This document shows positions 53,761 to 62,752 of a DNA stretch of 63,794 bases, piece by piece. A program made the position numbers and the translations under genes. This DNA is from an uncultured Acidaminococcales bacterium. Lineage in GTDB: Bacteria > Bacillota > Negativicutes > Acidaminococcales > JAISLQ01. Below the pieces are notes generated by a model. That model was not told where the DNA came from. It did not search any database and saw only the letters and a list, made by a program, of their open reading frames with translations. The DNA is taken from contig CAZKFG010000004.1 of assembly GCA_964551985.1 (NCBI GenBank), positions 1 to 63,794 of the forward strand. The letters are read 5' to 3'. Position 1 is the first letter of the stretch, and each line of letters opens with the position of its first letter.

Positions 53761-53824
53761 TACTGGATAATAGAAGGTATTTTTGTTACAATTTATGTAA
53801 CTTGTAAGAATTGTGGTGATAGAT

Positions 53825-55372
53825 ATGGTTACTGTTGAGAAAATTATGCAGCTGGATATTGTAAAAAACCAAATGAAGCTACTTGGTGGCGAAAAAGGAT
53901 TAGGCAAACAAATTGATTATATAACTATAATGGAAGCGCCTGATTTTTACGAGTGGGTTTCTGGTGGTGAGCTTGTACTTACGTCTTGGTATTCTTATAG
54001 TCAAAATCCCAAAGGACAAGAACACGCATTTTCTGAACTGGCTAAGAAAGTAAGCGCTATCGGCATAAAAGTGGACAGGTTTTTAGACAAAGTGCCACAA
54101 GTGTTAATTGATTTGGCAAACGAATATCAAGTGCCGCTGTTTTCTATAAAACGCGAAACAAAGTTTCGTGAAGTTATTTTTGCTGTATCGGCGGAAGTGC
54201 AAAATGCACAAACCAATATTTTGTTGAAAGTAGAACGCTATTATAATGAACTTATAAAATCTGCACTTGCATCAGATGATTTTTCACAAGTACTTTTGAC
54301 AACAAATAAACATATGCACAAGAGTGTATTTTGCCTTAATTCAGATGGTAAATATTTGGGCGGTTATTTTTCAAATGATAATAAAGACAATTTTAATGAA
54401 GATAGTGCAAAAGATTTTTATAAAAAATATATAGAAGATAAATTGCAAGAGCAAGATATTAAAACAAGAGTGAGAATAGATGGATTTGACATATTCCCTT
54501 GTATAGCAAGAAGACGCCTGCTCGGTTTTTTTGTTATAAAAAGTGAACAGGAATTACAAGAGCCAGACATATTAATTGCACAACAAACCATATCTGTACT
54601 TGCTTTAAAATTACTTGAAGGTTATGAAAGCCTGCAAAAAAGATTAATTCAGCTGATAGAAGATATCAAAAGAAATGTTATAATACCTGAAAAACTTGAC
54701 AATTTTGGTCTTAAATGGCGAAAAAAACATTTGTATGTTGCATGTCTTAAAGGTAAAACAAATAATATTTTAGATTTGTTTGCTAAAACTAATTTTTTGA
54801 AAAATACCGATAACTTACTTACGATAGTACAAACAAATAGTATTGTATTTATTGGTGCAACAAGTTATGATGTTAAAGATGATATGCCTCTTGCTATACA
54901 ACATTTAGTACAATGGATAGAAAAAGAGTGCATGAGCATTGTTTTGTCCATAAGCCCTAAAAGTGATAACATACAAGATTTAACGAAGAATTTTTTCTTG
55001 GCAAATGATAGTGCAGATGCTGCTTTGTTTATGGATAATTTTGGTTGCGTGCAGGCGATAAACTGGCTTTTGCCAAGTATAGCAGTCAAACAGCTTGACA
55101 GCTATGAGATAAAACAAATAAAAGAAAGTATTGTAAAACCAATATTAGAATATGATCTGCACTATAAAGCAGAACTTTTAAATACTTTAAAAGTAGTCTT
55201 GCAAACGTCTAAAAATGAGCTGGCAGCAAGAAAGTTACATATTCATGTCAACACTTTAAGATATCGTCTTCAAAAAATTCGCGACTTGACAGGCTTGGAT
55301 ACAACTATACCAGCACATTTATCTGTGCTATTTGCAGCTTTTATAGTCAGTAATATTGATAAAAAAAATTAA
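53825..55372 (+). CDS. PucR-family transcriptional regulator
   Basis: PucR N-terminal pattern (VTVEKIMQL..LLGGEKGL.. ITIMEAPD). C-terminal HTH LHIHVNTLRYRLQKIRDLTGLD. Confidence 0.78.
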   Translation: MVTVEKIMQLDIVKNQMKLLGGEKGLGKQIDYITIMEAPDFYEWVSGGELVLTSWYSYSQNPKGQEHAFSELAKKVSAIGIKVDRFLDKVPQVLIDLANEYQVPLFSIKRETKFREVIFAVSAEVQNAQTNILLKVERYYNELIKSALASDDFSQVLLTTNKHMHKSVFCLNSDGKYLGGYFSNDNKDNFNEDSAKDFYKKYIEDKLQEQDIKTRVRIDGFDIFPCIARRRLLGFFVIKSEQELQEPDILIAQQTISVLALKLLEGYESLQKRLIQLIEDIKRNVIIPEKLDNFGLKWRKKHLYVACLKGKTNNILDLFAKTNFLKNTDNLLTIVQTNSIVFIGATSYDVKDDMPLAIQHLVQWIEKECMSIVLSISPKSDNIQDLTKNFFLANDSADAALFMDNFGCVQAINWLLPSIAVKQLDSYEIKQIKESIVKPILEYDLHYKAELLNTLKVVLQTSKNELAARKLHIHVNTLRYRLQKIRDLTGLDTTIPAHLSVLFAAFIVSNIDKKN

Positions 55373-55392
55373 ATTGATTTGGGGGGATTATA

Positions 55393-56364
55393 TTGCATAT
55401 GTCAGATGCCTTAATTAGTCCAGTTGTTGGGGCTTTAATGTGGGGCGTTTCAGCAGGTAGCATTGTTTATGTAAGCAAAAAATTAGATAAAGATATACAA
55501 GAGACAAAAATTCCTGTTATGGGGGCTTTAGGGGCGTTTGTTTTCGCCGCACAAATGATTAATTTTGCCATTCCGTTGACAGGATCCAGTGGTCATTTGA
55601 GCGGGGGGATTTTGCTGTGTGCCATATTAGGATCACACGCAGCGTTTTTGACCATGGCATCAATACTGTTCGTTCAAGCTTTATTTTTTGCTGATGGAGG
55701 ACTTTTGGCTTTAGGTTGCAATATTTTTAATATGGGATTTTTGCCTTGCTACATAGCTTATCCGTTAGTTTATAAAAACATTGTTGGCACAAATTTTAAA
55801 TCTCGCAAACTATTTTGGGGCTGTTTGCTGGCATCGGTATTGGCTTTGCAGTTAGGAGCATTTGGCGTAGTAATGCAGGTTATGGCATCTGGTATAACAG
55901 ATTTACCTGCAAAAACATTTTTCTTATTTATGCAACCGATACATTTGGCTATAGGCATTGTTGAAGGCTTTATAACAGCCGCAGTTGTTGGTTATTTGCT
56001 AGCTCAAAAGCCTGAACTTTTAACAAATAAACAGGCTATAAGTTATAAAAAAATTAGTATTATTGTTTTTGCTCAAGCAATTTTAATTGCCGCATTTATT
56101 TCGTTTTGGGCATCTGGTCAACCGGATGGCTTAGAATGGTCTGTAATGAATACAAGTGGGAAAGAAGAACTATTGGCTATGGAAGGATTTTGGCATAATT
56201 ATCTTGCTACAATGCAAGAGAAACTAGCAATATTTCCTGATTACCAAGTAGGCAGTAGTTTTCTTAGTACGTCACTTGCAGGGCTTATTGGGATAATATG
56301 TTCTTTTGTATTTGTATTTGCACTTGGGAAGGTAACCCGAGTAGCTTATGATAGAAAACGGTGA
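55393..56364 (+). CDS. CbiM/NikM-family metal-uptake membrane protein fused to a C-terminal PDGLE domain
   Basis: TTG start yields Met-His N-terminus MHMSDALISP (family MHIPDG..). Multi-TM core, then GQPDGLEW and a final TM. No cbiQ/cbiO nearby. Confidence 0.65.
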   Translation: MHMSDALISPVVGALMWGVSAGSIVYVSKKLDKDIQETKIPVMGALGAFVFAAQMINFAIPLTGSSGHLSGGILLCAILGSHAAFLTMASILFVQALFFADGGLLALGCNIFNMGFLPCYIAYPLVYKNIVGTNFKSRKLFWGCLLASVLALQLGAFGVVMQVMASGITDLPAKTFFLFMQPIHLAIGIVEGFITAAVVGYLLAQKPELLTNKQAISYKKISIIVFAQAILIAAFISFWASGQPDGLEWSVMNTSGKEELLAMEGFWHNYLATMQEKLAIFPDYQVGSSFLSTSLAGLIGIICSFVFVFALGKVTRVAYDRKR

Positions 56365-56369
56365 TTTAA

Positions 56370-57341
56370 ATGTTAAAAGAAGTATATAAAAACATTTATC
56401 TAAATGAGATAGATCTACCAAAAAATCCACTAAAATATTTAAATAGTTACATTATTACATCCGAAAATAGAAATCTGATTATAGATACAGGTTTTAACAG
56501 GAAAGAATGTATAGATAGTTTTTATTATGGCATTAGTGAATTGAAAATTGACTTGACTAAGACTGATGTATTAGTAACCCATTTGCATTCAGATCATAAT
56601 GGTCTTATGGGAATGCTTGAGCAGCAAGGTGCGACAATTATTATGGGAAACTTGGAAAGCAATGCTATTTTGCAGATGGGAACAAAAGAGAATTTAAAAC
56701 GTTTTGAAAATCTAGCTAAAATGTATGATTTAGAAAAATACTCTGTAAACATTACTGAACATCCAGGCTTTAGATATCGACCTGAGGTCGTTTCCAACTA
56801 TAAACTTGTGCAAGATGGACAAACTTTGCAATATGGTGAATACGAATTTCAAGTAATGCTAACCCCTGGACACACTAAAGGACATATCTGCCTTTATGAA
56901 CCTTTTCATAAACTGTTTTTTTGTGGAGATTTGATTTTAGATAAGATAACACCAACAATAACTTTTTGGGGTTTTGAGCAAGATATTTTGCAGGTATATT
57001 TTGATACACTAAAAAAGGTTGATACTTTGGCGATAGAACATCTTTTTACAGGACATAGAAGCATTTTAACAGAACAACACACCAGAATTAAGCAGCTTAT
57101 TGCTCATCATGAAAAAAGACTTGCAGAAATAAAAGATATTTTACGAGATGGTGAACAATCTGTTTGTGATGTTGCAAGCAAAATGCACTGGGATATAACA
57201 ATAAAATCTTGGGAAGATTTTCCAAATGCACAAAAATGGTTTGCTACAGGTGAAGCTATGTCGCATTTAGAACATTTATACTGTAATGACATACTGCAGA
57301 AAAGATACAATGACAACACTATTATGTACAGATTAAAATAA
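56370..57341 (+). CDS. MBL-fold metallo-hydrolase
   Basis: THLHSDHNG (HxHxDH), TPGHTKGH, and a helical C-terminal extension. Confidence 0.8.
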   Translation: MLKEVYKNIYLNEIDLPKNPLKYLNSYIITSENRNLIIDTGFNRKECIDSFYYGISELKIDLTKTDVLVTHLHSDHNGLMGMLEQQGATIIMGNLESNAILQMGTKENLKRFENLAKMYDLEKYSVNITEHPGFRYRPEVVSNYKLVQDGQTLQYGEYEFQVMLTPGHTKGHICLYEPFHKLFFCGDLILDKITPTITFWGFEQDILQVYFDTLKKVDTLAIEHLFTGHRSILTEQHTRIKQLIAHHEKRLAEIKDILRDGEQSVCDVASKMHWDITIKSWEDFPNAQKWFATGEAMSHLEHLYCNDILQKRYNDNTIMYRLK

Positions 57342-57432
57342 ATGTTTATTGTATACTTTGTTGACAATAAATACCATATTATATAAAATTATTAGTGTTT
57401 ATGAAAACTAATGATTTTAGGGAGGATTTGTG

Positions 57433-58608
57433 GTGAAAAAAAGTATTGGTGTCATTTCAATTTTAATGGTGTTAATTCTGACAGTTGCACTAACAGGCTG
57501 TGGTGGAGAGAAAAAACCAGCAGCACAAACAAATGCTAATGAAATTAGAATAGGAACAATCAATGAATTAACTGGCGGTAATGCCAGTTATGGTAATTCT
57601 ATATTAAACGGTATAAAATTGGCAGTCGCCCAAATAAACGAATCCGGTGGCGTTTTAGGTAAAAAGATTATTTTGGTTGATGGCGATAATAAATCAGAAC
57701 CATCAGAAGCTGCAAACGTTATGACAAAACTTATCACACAAGATAAAGTGTCTGCGGTTGTCGGTTCTTTTACTAGTTCTTGTGCAATATCTTCATCAAA
57801 CGTTGCTCAGGCACAAAAAGTTGCATATGTTTCTAGTGCTGCTACAAATCCGAAACTTACAGTAGAAAATGGCAAGACTAAAGAGTACATTTTTCGTGCC
57901 TGCTTTATTGACCCATTTCAAGGTGGCGTTGCCGCAAACTTCATTTTAAATAACTTAAAACTTAAAACAGCAGTTGTTTTGGTAGACAATAGTAGCGATT
58001 ATAGTAAAGGACTTTTAGAATTTTTTCAAAAATCTTTTGAAAAAGGTGGCGGGAAAATTTTAGCTACAGAGAGCTATTTACAAAAAGACCAAGATTTTAA
58101 AACTATTTTGACAAAAATAAAAGCATTAAATCCAGAAGTTATCTACTTGCCAGGTTACTATGAAGAAGTTGGCAAAATAGTTAAACAAGCAAGAGAACTG
58201 GACATAAAAGCGCCTTTTGTTGGTGGCGATGGTTGGGACTCTACAAAACTAGTAGAAATTGCTGGAGCTAATGCTCTAAATAATACATATTTTACAAACC
58301 ATTATTCTCCAGAAAACTCTAGCCCAGAATCCAAAGCATTTGTAGATGCATATAGAAAAACATACGGCAAAACTCCTGATGGGACAGCAGTCTTAGGCTA
58401 TGATGCTATGAAAATGGTGGCACTCGCAATTAAAGATGCTCAAAGTGCTGAACCTGCTAAGATAAAAGATGCTTTAGCTAAAATTAAAAATTTCCCTGGT
58501 GCTTCAGGTGTAATTACAATCAATGCTAATCACGATGCTGATAAAAGTGCTGTAATTATAGAGATGAAAGACGGTAAACAAGTCTACAAACAAACAATAA
58601 ATCCATAA
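57433..58608 (+). CDS. ABC-type substrate-binding lipoprotein (LivJ/LivK-like, type I PBP)
   Basis: Lipobox LTGC-GG. IRIGTINELTGGNASYG, VVGSFTSS, GGDGWDS. No permease or ATPase genes adjacent. Confidence 0.78.
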   Translation: MKKSIGVISILMVLILTVALTGCGGEKKPAAQTNANEIRIGTINELTGGNASYGNSILNGIKLAVAQINESGGVLGKKIILVDGDNKSEPSEAANVMTKLITQDKVSAVVGSFTSSCAISSSNVAQAQKVAYVSSAATNPKLTVENGKTKEYIFRACFIDPFQGGVAANFILNNLKLKTAVVLVDNSSDYSKGLLEFFQKSFEKGGGKILATESYLQKDQDFKTILTKIKALNPEVIYLPGYYEEVGKIVKQARELDIKAPFVGGDGWDSTKLVEIAGANALNNTYFTNHYSPENSSPESKAFVDAYRKTYGKTPDGTAVLGYDAMKMVALAIKDAQSAEPAKIKDALAKIKNFPGASGVITINANHDADKSAVIIEMKDGKQVYKQTINP

Positions 58609-58638
58609 AAATAAGCCAGCATATGCTGGCTTATTTTT
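58607..58638. terminator. Bidirectional terminator between the SBP gene and lplA
   Basis: aaaaataagccagc-atat-gctggcttattttt. Confidence 0.85.
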
Positions 58639-59617
58639 ATATTAAATGCTCTAATAACTGCTTGTTTGTTAGTTCTGGTAAGTAATCGGCAATATTACTT
58701 TGTAGAATAATTTCTTTGATAGTAGCTTTTTCATAACGTTTACCAATAAAGATTTTAAAAATATTTTGTAAGTCATGATTTGAAAAAAAATCGCCATATA
58801 CATTAATATCTTTTATATGGTCGTTTTGTACTAAAAGTAATATAGATAATTCACCCCAAAAGTATTTTATCGTGCGGTTTATATTGTAATCAGGTGATTT
58901 ACCATAATTCCACTCCCAAAGGGAGTATTTTTTTTGCACCAGATCTTGTATTTGTAATAGCTGATCAGGTGTAAAATTATATAAATTACTATCTTTTTGA
59001 TCTAGAAAATAATTTTGAATATCTGTAAAGAAGTATTTGGTTGATATTTTTTTTGTCATAAAATCAGAAATATTTCCAACTCTTGATTTAACAGAAGATA
59101 TTCCTTTTGCAGATAATTTATTAGTAGATACATTGAGTGCTTTGCTCATATTGTTAAAATCAGAAGCAAATAACAATGTGCCATGATGTAAAATTCTATT
59201 ATTGCTTATTGTTTGCGCTCCGCCAGATATTTTTAAATTTTCTATATGAATGTCATTTCTACCGCTACATATTGCCTTTATATTGTATTTTTCCAGTATT
59301 TTTACTATTGGTTGGGCAAAACTGATAAAATCAATGTTTGAAGATTGTTTTTGTTCGATTATAGTATAATTGATATTACCTAAATCGTGATAAACTGCTC
59401 CGCCACCAGTAATTCTTCTAACGATGGCAATATCATTTTCATGAACAAAATCATAATTTATCTCATTTAAAGTATTTTGAAATTTACCTACAATAATTGC
59501 TGGTTTATTTTGCCAAATTCGAACAATAGTTTGGTTAAAAGATTCCTCTTTAAATAAAAATTCTTCTGTAGCCAGATTGAAATATGGATTTGTATTTTCG
59601 TCAATAATAACTAGCAT
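58637..59617 (-). CDS. lplA: Lipoate--protein ligase
   Basis: NPYFNLATEEFLF, VRRITGGGAVYHDLGNINYT, KISGGAQ. 326 aa. Confidence 0.88.
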   Translation of the reverse strand: MLVIIDENTNPYFNLATEEFLFKEESFNQTIVRIWQNKPAIIVGKFQNTLNEINYDFVHENDIAIVRRITGGGAVYHDLGNINYTIIEQKQSSNIDFISFAQPIVKILEKYNIKAICSGRNDIHIENLKISGGAQTISNNRILHHGTLLFASDFNNMSKALNVSTNKLSAKGISSVKSRVGNISDFMTKKISTKYFFTDIQNYFLDQKDSNLYNFTPDQLLQIQDLVQKKYSLWEWNYGKSPDYNINRTIKYFWGELSILLLVQNDHIKDINVYGDFFSNHDLQNIFKIFIGKRYEKATIKEIILQSNIADYLPELTNKQLLEHLI

Positions 59618-59685
59618 ATTGCCTCCTTTAGTTATTTGTCAATTTATGTTATATTGATAATATATTTTTAAAAAAGGTGATTAAA

Positions 59686-60048
59686 ATGGAGATATTAAAA
59701 CAACTAGCAATTATTTTTGGTGTTTGTCTTTTGAGTAATATTACATGCTCGTTATTGCCTTTTTATTTTCCTGATAGTGTTATGGGTACGATTATAATGC
59801 TTGTTTTGCTGTTTTGCAATATTATTAAGGCAGAAAACATTAAACAAGTATCCCAATTCCTGTTAGCAAATATGGCGCTTTTTTTTATACCATCAGGTAC
59901 TCAGATTATAATGCACTTAGATAAAATAAGAGATTCTGCCATTATAATCTTATTTATTTGCATTGTTACAACACTGATAAGTTTTTTAGCCACAGCTTAT
60001 ACAGTTCTTTTTGTGATGAAATTATCAAATAAGAAAAGAGGTGTATAA
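59686..60048 (+). CDS. lrgA: LrgA/CidA-family small membrane protein
   Basis: ~120 aa with four TM helices. QLAIIFG.. and FFIPSG motifs. ATG 59686 follows AGGTGA. Confidence 0.75.
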   Translation: MEILKQLAIIFGVCLLSNITCSLLPFYFPDSVMGTIIMLVLLFCNIIKAENIKQVSQFLLANMALFFIPSGTQIIMHLDKIRDSAIIILFICIVTTLISFLATAYTVLFVMKLSNKKRGV

Positions 60049-60051
60049 ATT

Positions 60052-60738
60052 TTGCTAAGCTTTGTACAAACACCTTTTTTAGGTATTTCTATTACCTTGG
60101 TTAGTTTTGTTTTTGTGGCTTTTGTAGCTAAAAAACTTAAATCTCCCTTATTCAATCCAGTACTATTTTCGATAATGCTTATACTTACTTTTTTGTATAT
60201 TTTCAACATATCGATAGAACAATATGATAAAGGTGGAAAAATTATAAGCAGTTTTTTGTTACCAGTTATGGTAGCAATAGCTTATTCTATTTATAGTCAA
60301 AAAACTCTCTTGAAAAAATATTTTTTAGCAATTATTGCAGGTTGTTTTGTAGGTTCGTTGGTATCTGTTTTTAGTACGATTTTACTAGCGCACTTATTTG
60401 GATTGCCAGAGACTCTTATTTTTACTTTAGCACCTAAATCAGCTACAGTTCCAATAGTTATAGAACTATCAGGTAATATTGGTGGACTAGTGCCAATTAG
60501 TATAGCAGTAGTTATTTTGACAGGCATAATGGGTGCTACTTTTGCACCTCTACTGATAAAAATTTTAAAAATTAAAGACCCTGTAGCAATCGGTATTGCT
60601 TTAGGAACAAGTAGCCATGGCATAGGAACAGCTAAAGCTTTTGAACTTGGAGAATTACAAGGTGCTACAAGTGGTATTGCTATTGGTATTGCAGGTTTTA
60701 TGACAGTGCTAATAATATTGCTAGTAAAAACCATTTAA
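60052..60738 (+). CDS. lrgB: LrgB/CidB-family membrane protein
   Basis: 228 aa polytopic protein with PKSATVPIV..E and GTSSHGIGTA motifs. TTG start. Confidence 0.78.
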   Translation: MLSFVQTPFLGISITLVSFVFVAFVAKKLKSPLFNPVLFSIMLILTFLYIFNISIEQYDKGGKIISSFLLPVMVAIAYSIYSQKTLLKKYFLAIIAGCFVGSLVSVFSTILLAHLFGLPETLIFTLAPKSATVPIVIELSGNIGGLVPISIAVVILTGIMGATFAPLLIKILKIKDPVAIGIALGTSSHGIGTAKAFELGELQGATSGIAIGIAGFMTVLIILLVKTI

Positions 60739-60756
60739 ATTTTTGGAGGATAATTA

Positions 60757-62346
60757 ATGTATAAAAAATGGAATTTCACTTTATATCATAAAATAAGTTT
60801 ACTTACTTTTTTTGCAGTACTTGTTTCATTGCTTACAGAATATATATTTATGTTTGCACTCAATGATCATCTACGGATCAAAGAACGTCAAAATGATGCT
60901 AAAGTGGTATTAGAAAATGTTATAGATTTACCAATAGTTAAGGTGAGCTTAAAAAATAAAAATAATAAAGACAACAAAGAAGATTTACAGCAGGTAATAA
61001 ATGCAATAAGTCAAGCTACAGGCGCTGATATTATAATTTATGATAACGAAAAATCTGTTTTTGTATCCTCTAAAATGATTCCGCATGAAGGTAATGGTGT
61101 TGACGAAGCACAAAATGCAACAATAGAAGATAGTTTTTTGAAAGTCAACACAATATCAACTGCTATAACTGATAGTGGCAATCAACTAGCAACGGTTTTT
61201 GTGACAAAACATCCATCAATTTTTGAAAAAGAGAGAGAAACGGAATATATTCTCGTAGTTTTAATTGCAAATTTAGCTGGTTTATTTGTTGGAATTATTG
61301 GTTCTGTGTTTTTAGCCAGAAACATAAAAAATATTTTATTTGGTTTAGAGCCAAAAGCTATAGCAAATATAATGCAAGAGAGAAGTGCAATGATGGACTC
61401 CGTACAAGAAGGCCTTCTTTCGATAAATAAAAATGGTGAAATAGTTTTAATCAATTCTAGAGCAAAGGAAATTTTTGAGTATGCAGGTTTTGCAATAACA
61501 AATCCTTTGGGTGAAAAAATAGAAAAAATTTATACAACTGACATGCAGGATGTTTTGATAAAAGGAGCTTCTAGAATAGACTTTGAAGAGAAGATAAATA
61601 ATGTTACAGTCATAACAAATCAATTTCCTATAAAAATAAAAAACGAAATAGTGGGCGCTATAACTACCTTTAGATTAAAAACAGAACTAGAAGATTTAGC
61701 CGAAAAATTGACAGGGGTTAGAAATTATGCTGACGCATTAAGAGCCCAAACACATGAATTTATGAACAAAATGCATGTTATTTTAGGACTTATAGAACTA
61801 AAAGAGTATGATGAATTAAAACAATATGTAAGAGGTATTGCTGCTCATACAGCAAATGCGGTAAACTACGTAAGCTCAAGACTTAAAGATCCGATTTTAA
61901 GTGGCTTTATTATCGGAAAACTAAATAGAGCGAAAGAATTAGACATAGAGTTTATGCTAACAGAAGAGAGCAATATTCCTGAACCATTAGCCCAAGCTTA
62001 TGTAGACAAACTTATTAGTATAATTGGTAATCTAATTAACAATGCTTTTGAAGCAGTTGAAGATTATGAGCGAGAGAGAATAGTGCTTTTATCAATTTTT
62101 GTTTTAGATGAAGAACTTGTAATTACAGTAGAAGACTCTGGAGCTGGTATAAAACCAGATGTTAAAGATAAAATTTTTGAAGAGAATTTTTCTGTTAAAG
62201 GTGAAAATAGAGGTATTGGCTTACATTTAGTAAAGCAAATCTTAGACGATATTGATGGCAAGATAGAAGTGGAATCTATAGTAAATGAAGGCAGCATATT
62301 TATAGTGAAAATACCTTATATAAGAAAATTGGTAAATAAAACATAA
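60757..62346 (+). CDS. DcuS/CitA-family sensor histidine kinase, no cognate response regulator adjacent
   Basis: TM, ~130 aa extracytoplasmic domain, TM, PAS. H-box LRAQTHEFMNKMHVILGLIEL. GHKL motifs NLINNAFEA, EDSGAGI, GIGLHLV. Confidence 0.82.
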   Translation: MYKKWNFTLYHKISLLTFFAVLVSLLTEYIFMFALNDHLRIKERQNDAKVVLENVIDLPIVKVSLKNKNNKDNKEDLQQVINAISQATGADIIIYDNEKSVFVSSKMIPHEGNGVDEAQNATIEDSFLKVNTISTAITDSGNQLATVFVTKHPSIFEKERETEYILVVLIANLAGLFVGIIGSVFLARNIKNILFGLEPKAIANIMQERSAMMDSVQEGLLSINKNGEIVLINSRAKEIFEYAGFAITNPLGEKIEKIYTTDMQDVLIKGASRIDFEEKINNVTVITNQFPIKIKNEIVGAITTFRLKTELEDLAEKLTGVRNYADALRAQTHEFMNKMHVILGLIELKEYDELKQYVRGIAAHTANAVNYVSSRLKDPILSGFIIGKLNRAKELDIEFMLTEESNIPEPLAQAYVDKLISIIGNLINNAFEAVEDYERERIVLLSIFVLDEELVITVEDSGAGIKPDVKDKIFEENFSVKGENRGIGLHLVKQILDDIDGKIEVESIVNEGSIFIVKIPYIRKLVNKT

Positions 62347-62354
62347 ATATGAAA

Positions 62355-62389
62355 TAAAAAAGCTTAATTTATATAATTGAGCTTTTTTT
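62355..62389 (+). terminator. Terminator after the kinase gene
   Basis: aaaaaagcttaatt-tatat-aattgagcttttttt. Confidence 0.65.
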
Positions 62390-62591
62390 ATTTTAAAAAA
62401 AATTAAAAAAATTAAAAAAGTTATTGTATATATTTTAAAATTAATATATACTTTATGTGTATTTAGAAACTCGGATACAAGTTTATGTTTGTACTGTTTG
62501 AAACAATAAAGATGTATTTTTAGGCATTTGTGAGAGTTTTCATACATACTTTTATTGTCAAACAGAAAATAAAAGTTAGTGAGGTGAAAAA

Positions 62592-62714
62592 ATGGGCGAT
62601 GTTGTAATGCAAGGTGGCGTTACCTTATTAGTTGGTATGACAGTAGTGTTTTTGGTTTTAGGAATATTATATGGAATGCTAATGCTTATGCCTTTACTGA
62701 ACAAGAACGATTAA
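62592..62714 (+). CDS. OadG-family small membrane subunit of a Na+-translocating decarboxylase (40 aa; absent from the ORF track)
   Basis: RBS GAGGTG. MGDVVMQGGVTLLVGMTVVFLVLGILYGMLMLMPLLNKND* carries the G..L.V.GM.VVF.VL signature of gamma/delta subunits. Confidence 0.75.
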   Translation: MGDVVMQGGVTLLVGMTVVFLVLGILYGMLMLMPLLNKND

Positions 62715-62752
62715 TATGCAATTATTAAAAACAGACAATAGGAGGACGAAAA

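Noticed and set aside
60297-60734. 145-aa minus-strand ORF
   Set aside because: It is antisense to lrgB.
62242-62547. 101-aa minus-strand ORF across the kinase 3' end and the AT-rich intergenic region
   Set aside because: It is an extremely AT-driven (F/I/K/Y-rich) translation, it crosses a terminator, and it has no RBS.
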